Assembly (NCBI GenBank): GCA_964035545.1
Contig: OZ037768.1
Coordinates: forward strand, 3,380,741-3,444,740
Reading direction: 5' to 3'
DNA length: 64,000 nt
Source: Bugula neritina
Lineage: Eukaryota; Animalia; Bryozoa
Shown: positions 61,672 to 64,000 of the stretch, one piece after another
How positions within the stretch are numbered: position 1 is the stretch's first letter
Layout: each line of letters opens with the position of its first letter
Translations under genes and position numbers: made by a program
Notes under the pieces: model-generated
The model's database searches: none
What the model saw: the letters and a program-made list of their open reading frames with translations, nothing else
What the model was told of the DNA's origin: nothing

Positions 61672-64000
61672 TGCGATGGGCTGGGGTGTCCTTCAATATA
61701 ATACTTTTATTCTGTCTCAACTATACGCTACACTGCATGTCCGTACTGCGCGACTGACGACTATGAAATGAATAGCTAGCGCTTCAACTTCCCACGTGAC
61801 GGTTCATTGACTTTCACTCAGACTGAAGCGATCATGTGACGTAAGGCCGTATAAATTAAACATAAAAATATTATTACTCAAATACTAGGCAAAGGAATGT
61901 ACAATTACAAGATTCCATTACAAAGGACTGAGCAAAGGAGAGCCCGGTTTAGTTAGTAAGCCTGCCTTGCCTGATGGTGTAATACGCTTCATAGCATTGC
62001 AGTTCAGCTGTAGAATAGATATTTTACTGAGGTCTGATGCATGTATTGAATATGCTTGCAGAATGTGATTTTTGCTCAGCCCAGATATGCAGAAAGAATT
62101 TATCGAGGTCTTTTTAATAATATATGTGGGCAAGATGAAAGCCTGTTGCCCGACATTTTCAGGCTGGAACTGAGCAGCGTTTTATGATGACACATCAGTT
62201 CAGAGGCTGCCAATTCGTACATCAGATCGATGCAGCGGAACTTGTGAATATTTGGTCACATATTTCGTTATATGTAGCATATTTCATCACAAATGTTGCA
62301 TTATTAGCAAAACCCTTAGCATAACAAAAATACCCGCTTGACATAGCAATTTATAAAAGTTGATGACGGAAGACGAGGTATGGAGTATTTGCTATTTATT
62401 AGAGTTTAGGCTGCGAAATCGAAAGCATAATGTAATTATTGCAGCCAGCAGAATTCTATATTTACTGGCTATACAGCAGTGCTTGGTGACTATTACCAAA
62501 TAATGTCATATTTACAACATCATCTATTGATTCCAAAACAGGAAACTCCCATGGTCAGTATTTGAGATGAGTTTAAAAAACAGACACAAGTTCAACTTGA
62601 TGTCTCATTAGATGACTACTAAAGTAGAACTGTTTAACTCCTCTATGGGCTATATTTCATTCCCAGTCATGAAAAATATCTATAATGGGTTTGTCATAGA
62701 CATTTACAATATATAGCTATAAATATAACCATGAACTTATAATTTTGCACAAATTGCTATATCAAAAATATAGCAAATTTAAAAATAACCCATAGTTATG
62801 TGTGTGAAAGAGCCACATCTATCTTAGAAACATGATTGAGTTCAGGAACCTCTAACTCATCACTGTATGATTAGATGTGAAATCAGACTAAAACCTGTTT
62901 ACAATGAACCTAAAGTGAAACTTTCCATACAGGAAGTAACTTATCAGTAATCTATTATCAGAACGAATCTAGAAAAAAATAAAATACCCCAACAGTTTAC
63001 AAATCCTTCCCAAGGGCAATATGTAACTGAACCCACTAAACAGACAACAGCAAAGAAAATTCATTGAAATATACTTTGAAAATTCAACAAAACTAAAGAA
63101 CATATTCAATGTCCTAGAATTTTCTAAAAAATACCTCTAACTCATCAACATCTTACCATGGAGCAACTCTAAATCTAATAAAAGATTTCTTATGCACATA
63201 ACAATTTCACACAGACTAGCAATACCTACCTGAAAATGTTGAAAGATTTTAACAAACATGGTTAAATTGAATTATTATCAGTTGAATCAAACACCATCTT
63301 ATGACTCTAATCATCAAATTTATTTTTGGATGTTTGAAGTATGAGTTACTTGATCAAGGGCGTTACTTGAAGGGAATAAGTATAGATATAGATTTCCCTA
63401 TATATAGCATGCAGTGCACGTATAACTTCCTTATCAATGTGAATTATAATTTAAAATATATGGCTATATGAATCCTAGTTCCATGAGATAAAAGATCTTT
63501 GCCAAATCATCAGCTGTGAGTAATTTCAACACTTCTTAAAAGTTACATGACTAAGGAGTTTGTATTGTTCACTGATAACAATGCATGACTCAGAAAAAGT
63601 TGTGGAATAAAACCAGCTTGTTGCGTGTTATAATATCACATGAAGATAGTGTGGCACTTCCTTTCTGTTGGTTAATCTTTGACCATCTAAGACTTTATCA
63701 CTTTAATGAGGATTGTAATTTAGCTTAGGCAGCAATAGCAATTTCCTGTCAGCAGTTGATAAGGATGACTAAGTATTATTGTAGCATTTACATTCCACAT
63801 GTACTAATAACTTCTACAGGGTATAAAGATACTAAATTGAATTTCCAGTAACTACTTTATTAGTCATATAATGCTATAATTGGAATGGGAAAAAAGTATA
63901 TATATGTATATAACAATAGTACATTTACATAGCGATATAATATGCTAGTACCATATAATTATGTTATTCTATTATACAAGATAGAGCACATAGAACATGA

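Overview
AT-rich, intron-rich animal genomic DNA; the innexins point to an invertebrate, and the species cannot be fixed from sequence alone. Hand-built exon chains (GT-AG, phase-consistent) give, in order: the last exon of an NK1/slouch homeobox gene (+); a complete 10-exon Arp3 (-); an unidentified coiled-coil gene (+) with a PIF/Harbinger-type MITE in its last intron; three tandem innexins (+); a LINE RT fragment; an orphan single-pass membrane protein; SIRT7 (+); ARMC7 (-, nearly invisible in the ORF track); two tandem hnRNP A/B/D-like genes (+); a bZIP factor (+); and a MAP3K19-like kinase (-). The most unusual signal is tandem repeats that copy the 3' splice junction itself: 16 x 31 bp at Arp3 exon 2 and 4 x 50 bp at innexin-3 exon 3. 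Both are AG|GT junctions, and only the last copy gives an intact protein. Other candidates are multiple alternative N-terminal exons for the innexins, a poison exon in one hnRNP paralog, an overlapping uORF on the bZIP, and an N-acylation motif on the MAP3K. All gene models are inferred from DNA only, without transcript data or database searches.
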